This document shows positions 45,601 through 57,600 of a DNA stretch of 64,000 nucleotides, one piece after another (the stretch's first letter is position 1; each line of letters opens with the position of its first letter). Below the pieces are notes generated by a model. It worked only from the letters and a program-made list of their open reading frames with translations, was not told where the DNA came from and did no database searches. This DNA is from Podarcis tiliguerta. Its lineage: Eukaryota. The position numbers and the translations under genes are program-made. Where the stretch lies: NCBI GenBank assembly GCA_965153285.1, contig OZ229117.1, one strand, 5' to 3'.

Positions 45601-48600
45601 CACTCTCCTTTCAGGCTCTTCAGCCACTTTGATACCATTGGATGTTGCCACCTGCTGGGCTTCACTGCACCGATAGTTTGCCATATCCCATCCCTGCACT
45701 AGGGAAATGAGCTTCTGGATGGGAGTGTCTCTGTTTTCAGGTTTTTTGCTTAAATTGCCTTTTGCTCCTCTTTTCCTTTCAGGCTGTCTGAAACAGCAGG
45801 AACTGTCCCACCCATCTGAGGACTGGCTATATCCTTCCCAGTTATTTCTTCGCTTTGATCCCTTGGTTGGGGAAATGTGGGGGGACTTTTCATTCACTTT
45901 GTCTCTTTCTTCCAGGTCTTGTGTATTTCTAGATATATTCCAGCTATTGGCACATTGATCTAAATCCACAGCAATATAGGAGTGCTAAAAAAGAAAAGAA
46001 AGGAAAAAGGAAAATTTCCATTAAAATTCTAAGATAGAGCGTAATTTGGCAGCATCAATGTATCCTGTTTTCCAACTGCTTTAAGTTCCCTGCTTTTGAG
46101 TTCCCTTAGAAGCAATATAACAGGATTCTGTTATAATTTTATGAGGTGTGGCAGCTGCTTTTGTATCTTTGGAGGGTGAATAATAAATTGGGCTCTTTTA
46201 GAAATGCTGAGGATTATATAACCTTCCAGAAATGATTGGGAGAAAGTTAAGACAGTTAAACATTAGAGGTTTGTAAGGTAGACTCATTCTAAACCACAGG
46301 GATGACTGCCAACTTGGACGGCCTTAAAAGAGGGCTAGACAAAGAGGGTAAGGCTATCAATGGCTACTAGCCACAATGGTCATGCTCTGCCTCCATGGGT
46401 GGAGGTAGGATTGTTTCTGAATGCCAGTTACTGGAAACCATTGGAGGGGCGAGTGCTCTTGTACTTGGGTCCTGCTTGTGGGTTTCTTACAGGCATCTGG
46501 TTGGCCACAGTGGGAGCAGGAAGCCAGACTAGATGGGTCAGTGGCCAGATCCAGCAGGCTCTTCTTATGTTCTTAATGATAACATTGAGTGAAGAATAAC
46601 CTTACATTTTGAGGCTCTTCACCAGACTCTTGTTCTTTCTCTGGCACTGCAATCTCAAGACTTCTAAATGGAAAAGCTGCTCTTTGAGCTTCATGTTGTT
46701 GCACCCATAACCTGTAAATAAAACATTTCACATTACAAGAATCATCTGTGAAGTCAGCCATGTCTCTGGAGGTAGTGTGCCTGCCTCCGTATTTAAGAAT
46801 ATTGCCTGAATCTTCAAAATGTATTAAGATGTAGACCCTGAAAAAATGGAGGGGGGAAGTAGAAATTTCAAGCAGTTTGTGAGCAAAAGCTAGAGGAAGA
46901 GGAGGAAGAGTTGGCTGTATCAATTCATGGAAAATTGAGACCTTGAGAACTTAGTGGATAGTTTGATGAAGATGTTGACCTAGTGTGCTTCAGCTGTGAA
47001 AAGAATGTATTCCATGCTAGGAATAATCAGGAAAGGATTTGGAAATAAAAGTGCTGATATTTTAATGCCATTATGTAAATCTCAAAATAACCTCAAAAAA
47101 AGTTATTGCAAAGTTGAGAAAGGGGTGCAGCATTACTCTCCTATGAGGCAAGGTTGTCATGTTTAGGACTTTTTAGTTTAGAGAAAAGGTGAGTAAGAGG
47201 CAACATAATAGAAGTTTATAAAATTAGGCATGTCATGAAAGTACAGTGGTACCTTGGGTTAAGTACTTAATTTGTTCCGGAGGTCCGTTCTTAACCTGAA
47301 ACTGTTCTTAACCTAAAGCACCACTTTAGCTAATGGGGCCTCCTGCTGCCGCCGCGCTGTCAGAGCACGATTTCTGTTCTCATCCTGAAGCAAAGTTCTT
47401 AACCTGAAGCACTATTTCTGGGTTAGCGGAGTCTGTAACCTGAAGCGTATGTAACCTGAAGCGTATGTAACCCGAAGTACCACTGTATTGTGTCAATGCT
47501 GTGTATTTTTAGCAGTATTTGTTTTAATTTGTACTGTGAGCTGCCTTGGGTCCTATGCTGCAAAAAAGGTAGAATATGAGTTACATAGATAAAGAAATCT
47601 CTCCTCTGAAACCTCCTCATTGTACTGATGCCTTCTCATTCTTAAAAGCAGGGGTTTTTTGCGCCTGACAGTGCTGATGCCACAAACATCCCATTCAGGA
47701 ACAAAGGGCAATGAGGTTGGCCAGGGGTGTTGGATAAAAGACTGTTTCCTACCAAACTCCCCACCCCAGTCTTGCTTAAAACTGCCTCCCAGCTGTTTAC
47801 CACGAAGAGGGCATTCAGGGACAAACAACTACAGGGGAGGGGCTTGTAGATGTGCTTTGGATTTCTGTAATTCTGGCCTATTGTCCACCCAGAGGGAGTT
47901 CTCATGCCCCCTGAACATCACTGGTTGATACGTGATTTTTCAAAAGATAAAGGAGAAAGAAACTGAGGATACCTGTATGTGTCATATTGATGAAGAGCCT
48001 CGACAAGAGAAGGGATCTGATACGCGGCCACTTCCTGGCACAGCAGAGACCATTCTCTGACAATTAGAAACAAAACTCAAGGCTTGTTTATGCAAATCAA
48101 GTGCACAGAGAGCCCTGTCAAACTTTGTAAAAACATTATTGGCAATAAACAAGACTGTGCAACTCAAATACAGGTGCTCTAAAAAGCGTGTTGAAGCTCA
48201 TGTCTCATCTTAAAATATCAGGGTGGCACATGTTCCCTCAAGAGCTAACAGGTTTCTCCTCCTTACACTCTGCTGCAAACTCACACCAAATCTTGGGTGT
48301 GAGTCAAAATGGAACATTGGCTATTTACTGTGAAAGTCCGCACTGGCCCAGTGTGTTGTTATATCTTCCACCCACTATCCAGATCAGGCGGGATCACATG
48401 ATACAGCTGAAGAGACTTGAGCAAACAGAGGAGGCTCCACCTCAGTTCCTTTGTAGTGCCAAGCTGGAAGCAGAGTAGATGGAAACTGGCACCTCCACAG
48501 GACAGCACTACATGTATCCCTCACACAGCACCAGAATATGGACTTTTATGAGAAGTAGCCAGCATTCCACTCTCTGTCTAATAGGAAGGAGGCATCCAGA

Positions 48601-51600
48601 TGGGACATGCCTAGGCCAATTTCCCTTGATGGGTGGCACTGAATAGTGGCTGTGAGTTTAAGATTGCCGGAGGACTTGCTGCAGCCCCTCCACCCAAAGA
48701 CCACTTCTGCCAAAGCATAAACTTCCAATTGACAAAGCCCATGTGGCTGTCCTGCATTGGTTGAGAAGGCTGCATTAATCATCACCTGACCATGTTAGGA
48801 ACACAGGAAATGGCAACCATTTCACTTACTTAAATTCAGAAGGCAAGAAGAGTTTACCAAATCTAAGGAAGTTAAGGATGTGTCGAAAAATTTGTCCATC
48901 TCCATGGATGAGGAGAGCCTGACCATAAGTAATCCAATACACCTTTTTGCTATTTGACAGCAGCTCTGGAAACTGGCAAAAAAACAAACAAACCAATGCC
49001 ATAAAGAAGAACAGAAGCACAACTTGTTTAAAAGAGAAAGCAGCCCTCTTTTGCCCACACTCACCCACAATGAAACAACCCTTACAACTTTTCTACTCCA
49101 CAAGGAAAATGTATTATTATAGCTTCTGGGGGCCAGAGTTTGTGAGCGGAAACCACTCATAACTCTTGGATTTAGTAAAAGTTATAATTAATCAAAGTTT
49201 TATTAAATTAATCAAAGTTTTATTAAACTGGGCCAAACACAGGAAACCCTGGATTTAGTTAGGCTAATGAGTTAAGCTGAGCCATTAATCCATTAAGAAG
49301 GCCAATAACACACACACTCTGGGCCCGACAGAAAATGGTGAAAGCCTCTCCTTGAGGTGAGATATAGCAGAGACAAAAGTCCAGAGTCTCAGGAGGGAGG
49401 GGCAGCAATGAGGTAAGTGAACAGGAAAAGTGTCCCTTTTGTAAGCTGAGGCAGTAGGGATGGGTAGGCTAGAGCATGAGGCAAGCAGTCCATTTTATGC
49501 TGCAGAGAAGGTCAGACAGGATGTTGGAGTCTCTTGGAATATGAGGCTGCAGCAATGGAAAGAACAGAAACCTCTTGGGATATGAATGTTCTGTGCTCTC
49601 TCGGTCTAAACACAGGTTGTATATATGTGTAAATAAAGCATGTACTGTAGAGGTGTGGATTACCTTCAGTTTGTGTGCTAGTCTGTAACACTATTATCAA
49701 GTATGCCTGCAAAGTCCCAGGTTTAATCTCCAGCATATCCAGTTAAGGATTATTTGTATGCCATGAAGCTTTCTTCCTTGTAGCTTTCTCTGGCTGTCTC
49801 TCCAGAACTATCTCAGGCAGAGAAGAGTCTTCTCTCATCACCAGTTAATTAACCCTTTAAACTGAAGATGGTGGAGACTAAACCTGAAGCACTGGAAAGC
49901 TGCTGGGAAAGTAAAGAGCACCAAGCCAAGCAGGCCAATGATCTGACTTGGGATAAGGCAGCTTCAGGTGTTCATATGAACTATTCCACTAGGATGTAGG
50001 GAGGGGGACATGTTAAAAGATGCCCATAGAAAGCAAGCGTGTGACAAGGTGAGCTCAGAACCTTTCATGCCAAAACGCTAGCAGAAATGAAGTTTAGTGC
50101 CACCTCCCACAAGTATGCTGATACAGTTCAGTGCAAGCACCTCAGTGCTTTTAGGAAATTGGCCTGAAGGTTCAGACTATCAAAAGGCAAGAAAGGCAAT
50201 GTCACACGTTCTTAAGAACTGTACCTTCAGTAATGTTTGCAAGTAAGTTGCGTACCAGTGACTTCCAACATACACTTTGACAATATGATGGAGTGAAAAG
50301 ACTGTTAGTCCTGCTGCCCAGCCTGCATGTGAAAGAGAAACAGAATGCAATTTTAAAGGCATTGCTGCTTTTGTCAATGTGGTGAACACCCTTGATCCAC
50401 AAAATCCCTCCCTATTGCAAGCTCATATACAAATGTTTTGCCCATGCAAGGAGCTGCAGATAATCTACTGAACTCGAAAAGCAAGTTTTCAAGCAAGTTT
50501 CCCCACCATTTGCCCTTAGAGCAGGGCAGTTTTCAGCTGGCCCATGGGCAATGACAGCCATACCAACCTACAGCTCAGGATTCATGCACATATTGCCAAT
50601 TACTCAACATAATGTCATTTTTTGCTCACTTCTATTAATGCTTACAAAGACTCCTTTGCAGTCGCAGGTCAAAATTTGCTCTAGTCTTACTTCAGCACAC
50701 TGTGGCAGAAAGTTTATAACTAGATTGCGGAATTAGATCTAGCCAGTGGGCCCAGTGGCGTAGCGTGGGTTATCAGCACCCGGGGCAAGGCAAGTAATTT
50801 GCACCCCCTAACCCCTCCGCACCGCACTGCACGCCCGGCACCGCCCCCCCCCCAGTGGGTGGCGACCCGGCGGCTCGGATCGGATTTGCACAGCCAGCAC
50901 TGCAGTGAGAGTGAGCCAGGTAGGTGCAGAGAGCTGCGAGTGCGAGCGCCCCCCCCCCCAGATGTTGCGCCCGGTGAGGCCGGCCCCCCCTGCACCCCCC
51001 ACGCTACGCCACTGAGTGGGCCTGATTCCCAATTCTACCACTGTGGACCAATTTTGACAGCAGTAAATCACCTGACATTAGGTGTCTGCCACCTGCCAAA
51101 GTTCAAAGAAGGTCACTGTAACCACCAATCAGCTGTGAGAATGCATTCAGAGGGGCTCGCTGTAACCACTGATCAGTAGTTACAGGGAGCCTCTTTGAAC
51201 GAATCCAAATGGAACATTTTTTCCTCTGCTTGTGGGATTCCAAGAAGCATCCACTTGCCCATTGCGAGAAAAAGATGTGAGATTATATGCATCTTTGGTC
51301 TGATCCAGCAGGGTTCTTATGTGTAGAAAGTTGCTGCATATATATGCAGAATAACTTCAGTTTAATCATCACAGTTGCCAGCTATCACTTACATCACTTG
51401 CAGACAGTGGCGGAGCTTCAAGCTCCGGCAAGGCGGGCGGCGGAGAGCAGGTGGGGGGCATGGCTGGCGCGCGACCCGGGGGTGTGGCGCCCGGCACAGG
51501 GAGGGGGCAGCCACGATGGCACCCCGCCGGGATCGTGCCACCAGGGGTGGTGCACTCCCCCCACACCCCTGTTCCTCCACCAGTGCTTACAGACAGTCCA

Positions 51601-54600
51601 CTAAAGTCCCTACTTAGGTTGCTGTTTTTTGCAGATTATCTGAGGTTACTTGTACACTGCAATAATTATGCTGAAGTGTGCATGTTCTTGGATATAATGC
51701 ATATTGCTCAGAGAATGTATAATAGCTCTCAAGATATGAACAAAACATGCAGTGTACACAATTCTGCTAAAATATGCACTTTCTTTGATGTGTCTTGGAG
51801 GTTATGCATATCACCTGGAGAATGTGCCAAATGCTGACAAGATACACATATTCCCCGAGGCCTCTTGGAGAATATGCAGTGGTTTATTTTTAAGCATTGG
51901 GATGTGCCTGAGCACACCTGGCAGACTGCCTTGACATCCCTAAAGTTACATGCAGTTATATACTTTTGTGTGGAATTCTGATTGAGCTGCTATAATTGTA
52001 AATCAGAGTATTATGGACATAAAATGCAATGATATTCCTTATAAAGTAGTAGAAGAAGAAGAAGAAGAAGAAGAGTTTGGATTTGATATCCCGCCTTTCA
52101 CTGCACTTTCATTGCCAAGTAATTTGCAATGTTAGTGACAATAAACACATTGTGGGGAATGACTACTTATTTTGTAACAACCATTGGTTCAAACTTAACG
52201 TTTCATATTCTGCTCTTTTATAGCTTCAATATTCCATGTTGTTCATTACTAAAAAGATATTGTTCCCTCCCTTAAAACTCAATAAGAAGGGTCAAATTAG
52301 TAACAGCTGACTTACCTTTTCCCACAGTTTCTAAAGGTGCCTTTTGTTTTAGAAAAGTTTTCAAGGCATCCTTCATTGGCTCATATATGATATCCATTTG
52401 ATCCAAATAGGCACAGAGTTCAGGAAGCTCAGACATCTTCCGTATAAGTGGGAGTCTGCAAGTGCCTAACCAATTCCTTTGGATAAAAGGGGGAATAGAC
52501 TTAGAAGAAATTACTTTATCTATTTTCGCATTTTTAAAAAAGATATCCATTTGATTTCTTTCCTACTATTTTGGCTACACATGGATTCTCTCCACCACCA
52601 CCCCAACTCCCAATTTTATTTAAATCAGATTCATTAGACAACTAAGAGAAACTTCAGTGTGCCTAAAACCTTCAATTGCAATTGTGCACCTGAAGAACAG
52701 TAATTAAGGCTGGTGGAATGCAAACATGGTCAAGAATCATATAAATTAACCATCAAACAAACAATGCCATCAAAGTACACGAAAGTAAAACCAAATAGGT
52801 GTATGGTCAAATGTATTAAGATCAAAGCATTTCCCTACATATTTTGAAGCCACCAATGATTCCCCTTTTTTCTAGGGGCACAGCAATTGCTCAAAGACCC
52901 AGTCATGCTCTTTTCAATTTCAATTGAGAAGATCCTCTCTTTTGAGTTTGAGCATAGTGCAAGGTCAATTATCCCACCTCACCCCAGTGGTCTTAGGCAC
53001 ACTAACAGCTAATTGGTTCTGCTTTGGTGCAAAAAGACATACATGACATGTTGAAAGAGAACTCCGTTCCCGGATATATAGAGCTTGTTCCCATCCAGGG
53101 TACTCTCCATGTGAAGCTGCCCCAGAGCAGAGTCAGGATATTTGACCAAGAGACCAAGCGCCATTGGGAACAAAGGGAGACTTGCTGCTTCCTGAACAGC
53201 TTGCGGCTTCTTCATTGTGCTTTTCACAACACCTTGAAGGTCAGCTGTTCCCTCTGAGTAGATTCCTAAAAGGGAAATGTACAAATGAGAAATGAACAAT
53301 TAAGAATCCTGATTATATTTTATACCTCTCTTGACTTTCTAATCCAGTGAAAGTCCCATGGCCCAATCCCCATTTTATTTTGAAATCTATTAATATAGAG
53401 ATGAGTTACACTGAAAGATGCAATTAAGAACCACACCAGGGTTCCTCTTGTAGGTCTTCACTGCTTCTGTGACTTCGGGGATCCCCAGTGCCTCAGCCTC
53501 AGCCTCCAGAGCATCCATGTTGGAAAAGTTGTCGGGCAAAAGCATCTTCTCTGAGCGAAGAAAATTAGCTAGAAATTATAAAATGAAAAACACAAAGATG
53601 AGCCCAGAGTGTAGCAAGACCTCAACCCGATTCTCTGAACCTGCTCCCATAGGTACTAGCAGAACACAGTGCCACCCACCCCCAGTTCATAGAGTTGGTC
53701 CAGGAGGATACTGTGGTCAACAATAATTGAAAGCCGCTGAAAGCTCTAGCAAAAGCAACAGGGTTGCGCTCCCATTCACCACCCTCTTGAAGGTTACCCA
53801 TCAGGGCACCAAGACCAAAACCAAACCTGAACCCACATCCTACTCCCACATATTCCACTTGCCCCAACATGACCTGTGGTTCTGAGGCTGCCTCTGGTAG
53901 CATATTAGTAGTAGAAAGGGTGTTATAATAATTTTAAAAATGAAATAGAAGGAAATGTTTATTTCTTGCCTACTGCTGCTGCTGTCTTCCTCAAGGAAAA
54001 GGCTTACCTATGAAGCGAAACTCGCTGCTTTCACATTCTATCAGCACAGCATTGTCAGACAGCCACAGCAAGTTGTCATCATTGACCAAGGAAGGATATT
54101 TTTCAACCATGTCTAGTGGCACAAAGCAGTAATGCACTTCTTCTTCAGTATCTAGTAACGGAGTGTCCATTAGTCCTAGGGGGACTTTCTCATGTAATCC
54201 TAATAGGGAGAAAAAGTGAATGTTAGCAAGGAGCTAGGAAGACCAGAGACAGCAGATAAAGGACTAGAAATCTGAATCCAGAGCCTGGGGTCACACACAC
54301 CATACACTGAAAGTACATGGCTTCCCCCAAAGAATCCTAGGAATTTTAGGTTACCCTTCATGGAGCTAAAATTCCCAGCACCCTTTAGCAAATGAGTTTC
54401 CAGGATTATTTGGGGGAAGCAATGAGCTTTCAGTGTTTGATGTACCGTGTGACCCCAGTCTACACACAACATCCCATGCAAATAGCACCAGCTGTTGCAG
54501 CTGATAATCACTAGGAATCCCAGCAGGCTAGGAAGCAAGCTTAACCTTTTTTCCTTGCTGTAGTCCTGTGGGGAAATCCTCATCTGGAGCTGGTATTTGT

Positions 54601-57600
54601 AACTGAGAAGAAATTCTCCACTGGTGCAAGCAGGGGAGCAAAAATTCCAAGCTCATGATCATCTGTGCTGGCTAATGCTATTTGCATTTTTTTTAGACCC
54701 GACAAATTAAATACAAAGAAATAGTTGACCTCACATGGTTGTTGATCTTCAGCAAGCTTTGGGATTATCTATGCCAAAAGAATAGCCTGGGTCATTGTTA
54801 ATTAAATAAATAAATAAATAAAATTTATACACCATTTGATTTAAACAAAATCCATAATACAGTTTTCAAATCTGAAGTATATTTAATGGGTATAAAACTC
54901 AATAAAGGGAATAGTGAAATCTTAGTAAATGTGACAAAGGAATTAAAAATGAAGGGAAATAAAGCTCTGGCACCTCTCAGAAGAGAACCACTGCCATTCT
55001 AAGAGAACAAGGCAGAAGTTCATTGTGAGCTCCAGCACCTCTTTTTCTAGAAAAATAGCACATCACACACATTTTCTCTCTCCTTTCTTATTACCAAAGT
55101 ACCCAGGATGATGTACCCAGCTCGGTAAAATGTAGTAAAAATAATATATAATATAAAAAAACAGATTGAAAACAATTAAGAAAAGAAAGGCAATTAGTAG
55201 TAACAATTCAGCTGAAAAGACATCTGGGTAAATAAAACACTTGACTTTGCTCAATTACAGGAATATGTGCCAGTGACTCTAAGGCAGTATCTGTATAACA
55301 GATCCAACTCTCTGTTGTCAATGAGCATCAACTTTCAGTTCAGCCTCCTCCCTCTAGGGGACAAAATGAATCTGGTCTTGTGCCTTGCTGCCTTTTATCA
55401 CGCCTCTGGGACCAAAAGTGACAGGAACTTGATTTCCGTTTGGTTTCTCAGGGGATGTTTCTCACAAAATTATACAAATTTGTATTAAGAGTTTTGTCAC
55501 AAACAACTTAGCAGTGTGCATAAGTTCAACTGCTAATTTCTCTCCAGAGGACTTAAAAAACAAACACACCACATTCAGCGCCTTCACGGGCATGCTACTT
55601 ATCCTGTCATAACCCAGACGAGTGAAAAATAAAGCAAGCCTCATTCTAGAGCAAATGACCCAAGGGGCAGCACTCTAATTAATGTCAGGCAAAAGTTTAT
55701 TAGGAGGAAAAACAGTGATTTGGAATGCAGCCAAACAATTAAACATCAACATCAACTCGTTTTATAATCCTACTGAGATATGTGATTGTAACTGAAAGTG
55801 AATGACTGTAATCTGCTCACCTAGCCACCTGGGGTTGCTTCTGAAGGTTTGGGAATACAGCTGCTAGGCTTAATTGGAATGAGTCATTGCAAGCATCTTG
55901 CACCACTAGTCCTCTCCTGTAAAGCCCTTCTTGACGTAGGGCCAGGGTACTTGAATGATGGCCCGTCCCCTCACCTGCCGCTACACTTACATCTGCATTG
56001 GAGTTCCTTCGCTGGGTTCCCCCATCATCTGGGATATGGCCAGTTGCTATCAGCAAATGGGCGGTTTCAGCAATGGCGCCTGGTTTTGTTTTTAATTTTA
56101 CTGAAGATTTTCTTGGGTAACAAAAGTACATACAGTGTTTCAGCTTTCAGTTCATAGAGTCCTTTCTATGGATCAGTTACATTCGATGTGAAACACTAAT
56201 AATGTTATAGACATTATGAACTGGTCTCCACCCCACCCCCCCCGAGGCTCACTTGGTGACCACTCTGAAGTTGTTGTGCCACCAGGCAAAGGCTTCTTTG
56301 TTTTCCTAGGTGTTTATGCTTTTTGGCTGATGCTTTTATAGGGCTGCTGCTTTAAGCTTATATTAATGTATTCATGTGATGTGTTATTAAATATTATATT
56401 TTAGGTAGTCCTGTTAATGTATCTGAGGGATGGGGAGATATAAATAAGCAATGACTGAGTTTGCTTGGAGTCCACGTCTCCTGGGCTTAACCCGCACTCC
56501 ATCCATGGCATCATGTGGGCTGAATGAAGCCAGGGGAAGTTTATAAAAATTATCCAAGATGTTTGCTTATGATCACTACAATTGTCATTTTGGTCCTGTC
56601 TAACCTTAAGTAGTTGCTTACAATGGACTTTTACCAGTAAATGCTGGACTTTTAAGAGGAAATTCGGAAGGCTTGCTGATACATTTTCGTGTTCTCCAGT
56701 AATTCATAGATGCTCTTTCAGCTATTGGTATATCCGCAGGACGGACACGTAAATTATGTTTTCCTTCCTTCAAATTGTCTAAGGTCTGTTAAGACAGGCA
56801 AACATCTCTTAAACATGCATTTTCATTATATTTAAACAAAATCATAGGAGCGTTAAAAGAGGAGGGCTGCCATACAGCATGGTGCGCATAGGATACTGTC
56901 CTTCGGCACTGCCCTCAATGTTGATTGCTTCAGGACAAAGTAAGAGTTCCTAAGCAATGCAAAGCTTAAAGTTTTTAATAAGCCCGTGGTCATCATCATC
57001 AATGTAAGCGCTATTCTAAGCTATATGATGCTATTTTCAGGCTCATAAAGATGCTTCCCTTTGGCAAACCTTTTATGTGCTTCTATTCCCTCATTAAGGA
57101 GGGACTAAGGAGGAAGAGGGAAGGTAGCTTCTCTCCCTTTTCCTGAGGTGGCATCTGGAGAGGCTCAGCTAGGGAGGCTTCAGAAAAACACAAGAGCCTT
57201 GCAGCTGGCTCAGCCCAGAGGGCTAGCACCCTATTTCCATGGTGGCGAATCAGATGCCCCTATAGGGAGTCTGCAAGCAGAACCTGAGCTCAACAGCACT
57301 GCTCTCCCCACTTATGACTCCCAGCAACAACTCAGGTCCTGCTTAGTTGTCCACTCCTCTTGTCATCCAAGTTGGTGGCCATCACCGCATCTTGTGGGAG
57401 CGAGTTCCATAGTTTAGCTATGCACTGTGTGAAGAAGGGAGTGATTGCAACAAACAGCATAACTGCTTATCAGCTCAGCAATGTAGGCAGTGGAACCAAC
57501 TTATTTTCTGTCTTCAGGAGAAGCCTAGGAGGAATCTGCCATAGATGTTTTTAATAAAGGGCAAGTCAGACCTGTGAAACCTAGCAAAGATAACCTGTAT

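Noticed and set aside
47280-47480. CRISPR-like repeat/spacer array (TAACCTGAAG repeats)
   Set aside because: Irregular subterminal repeats inside a TIR-bounded MITE in a vertebrate intron
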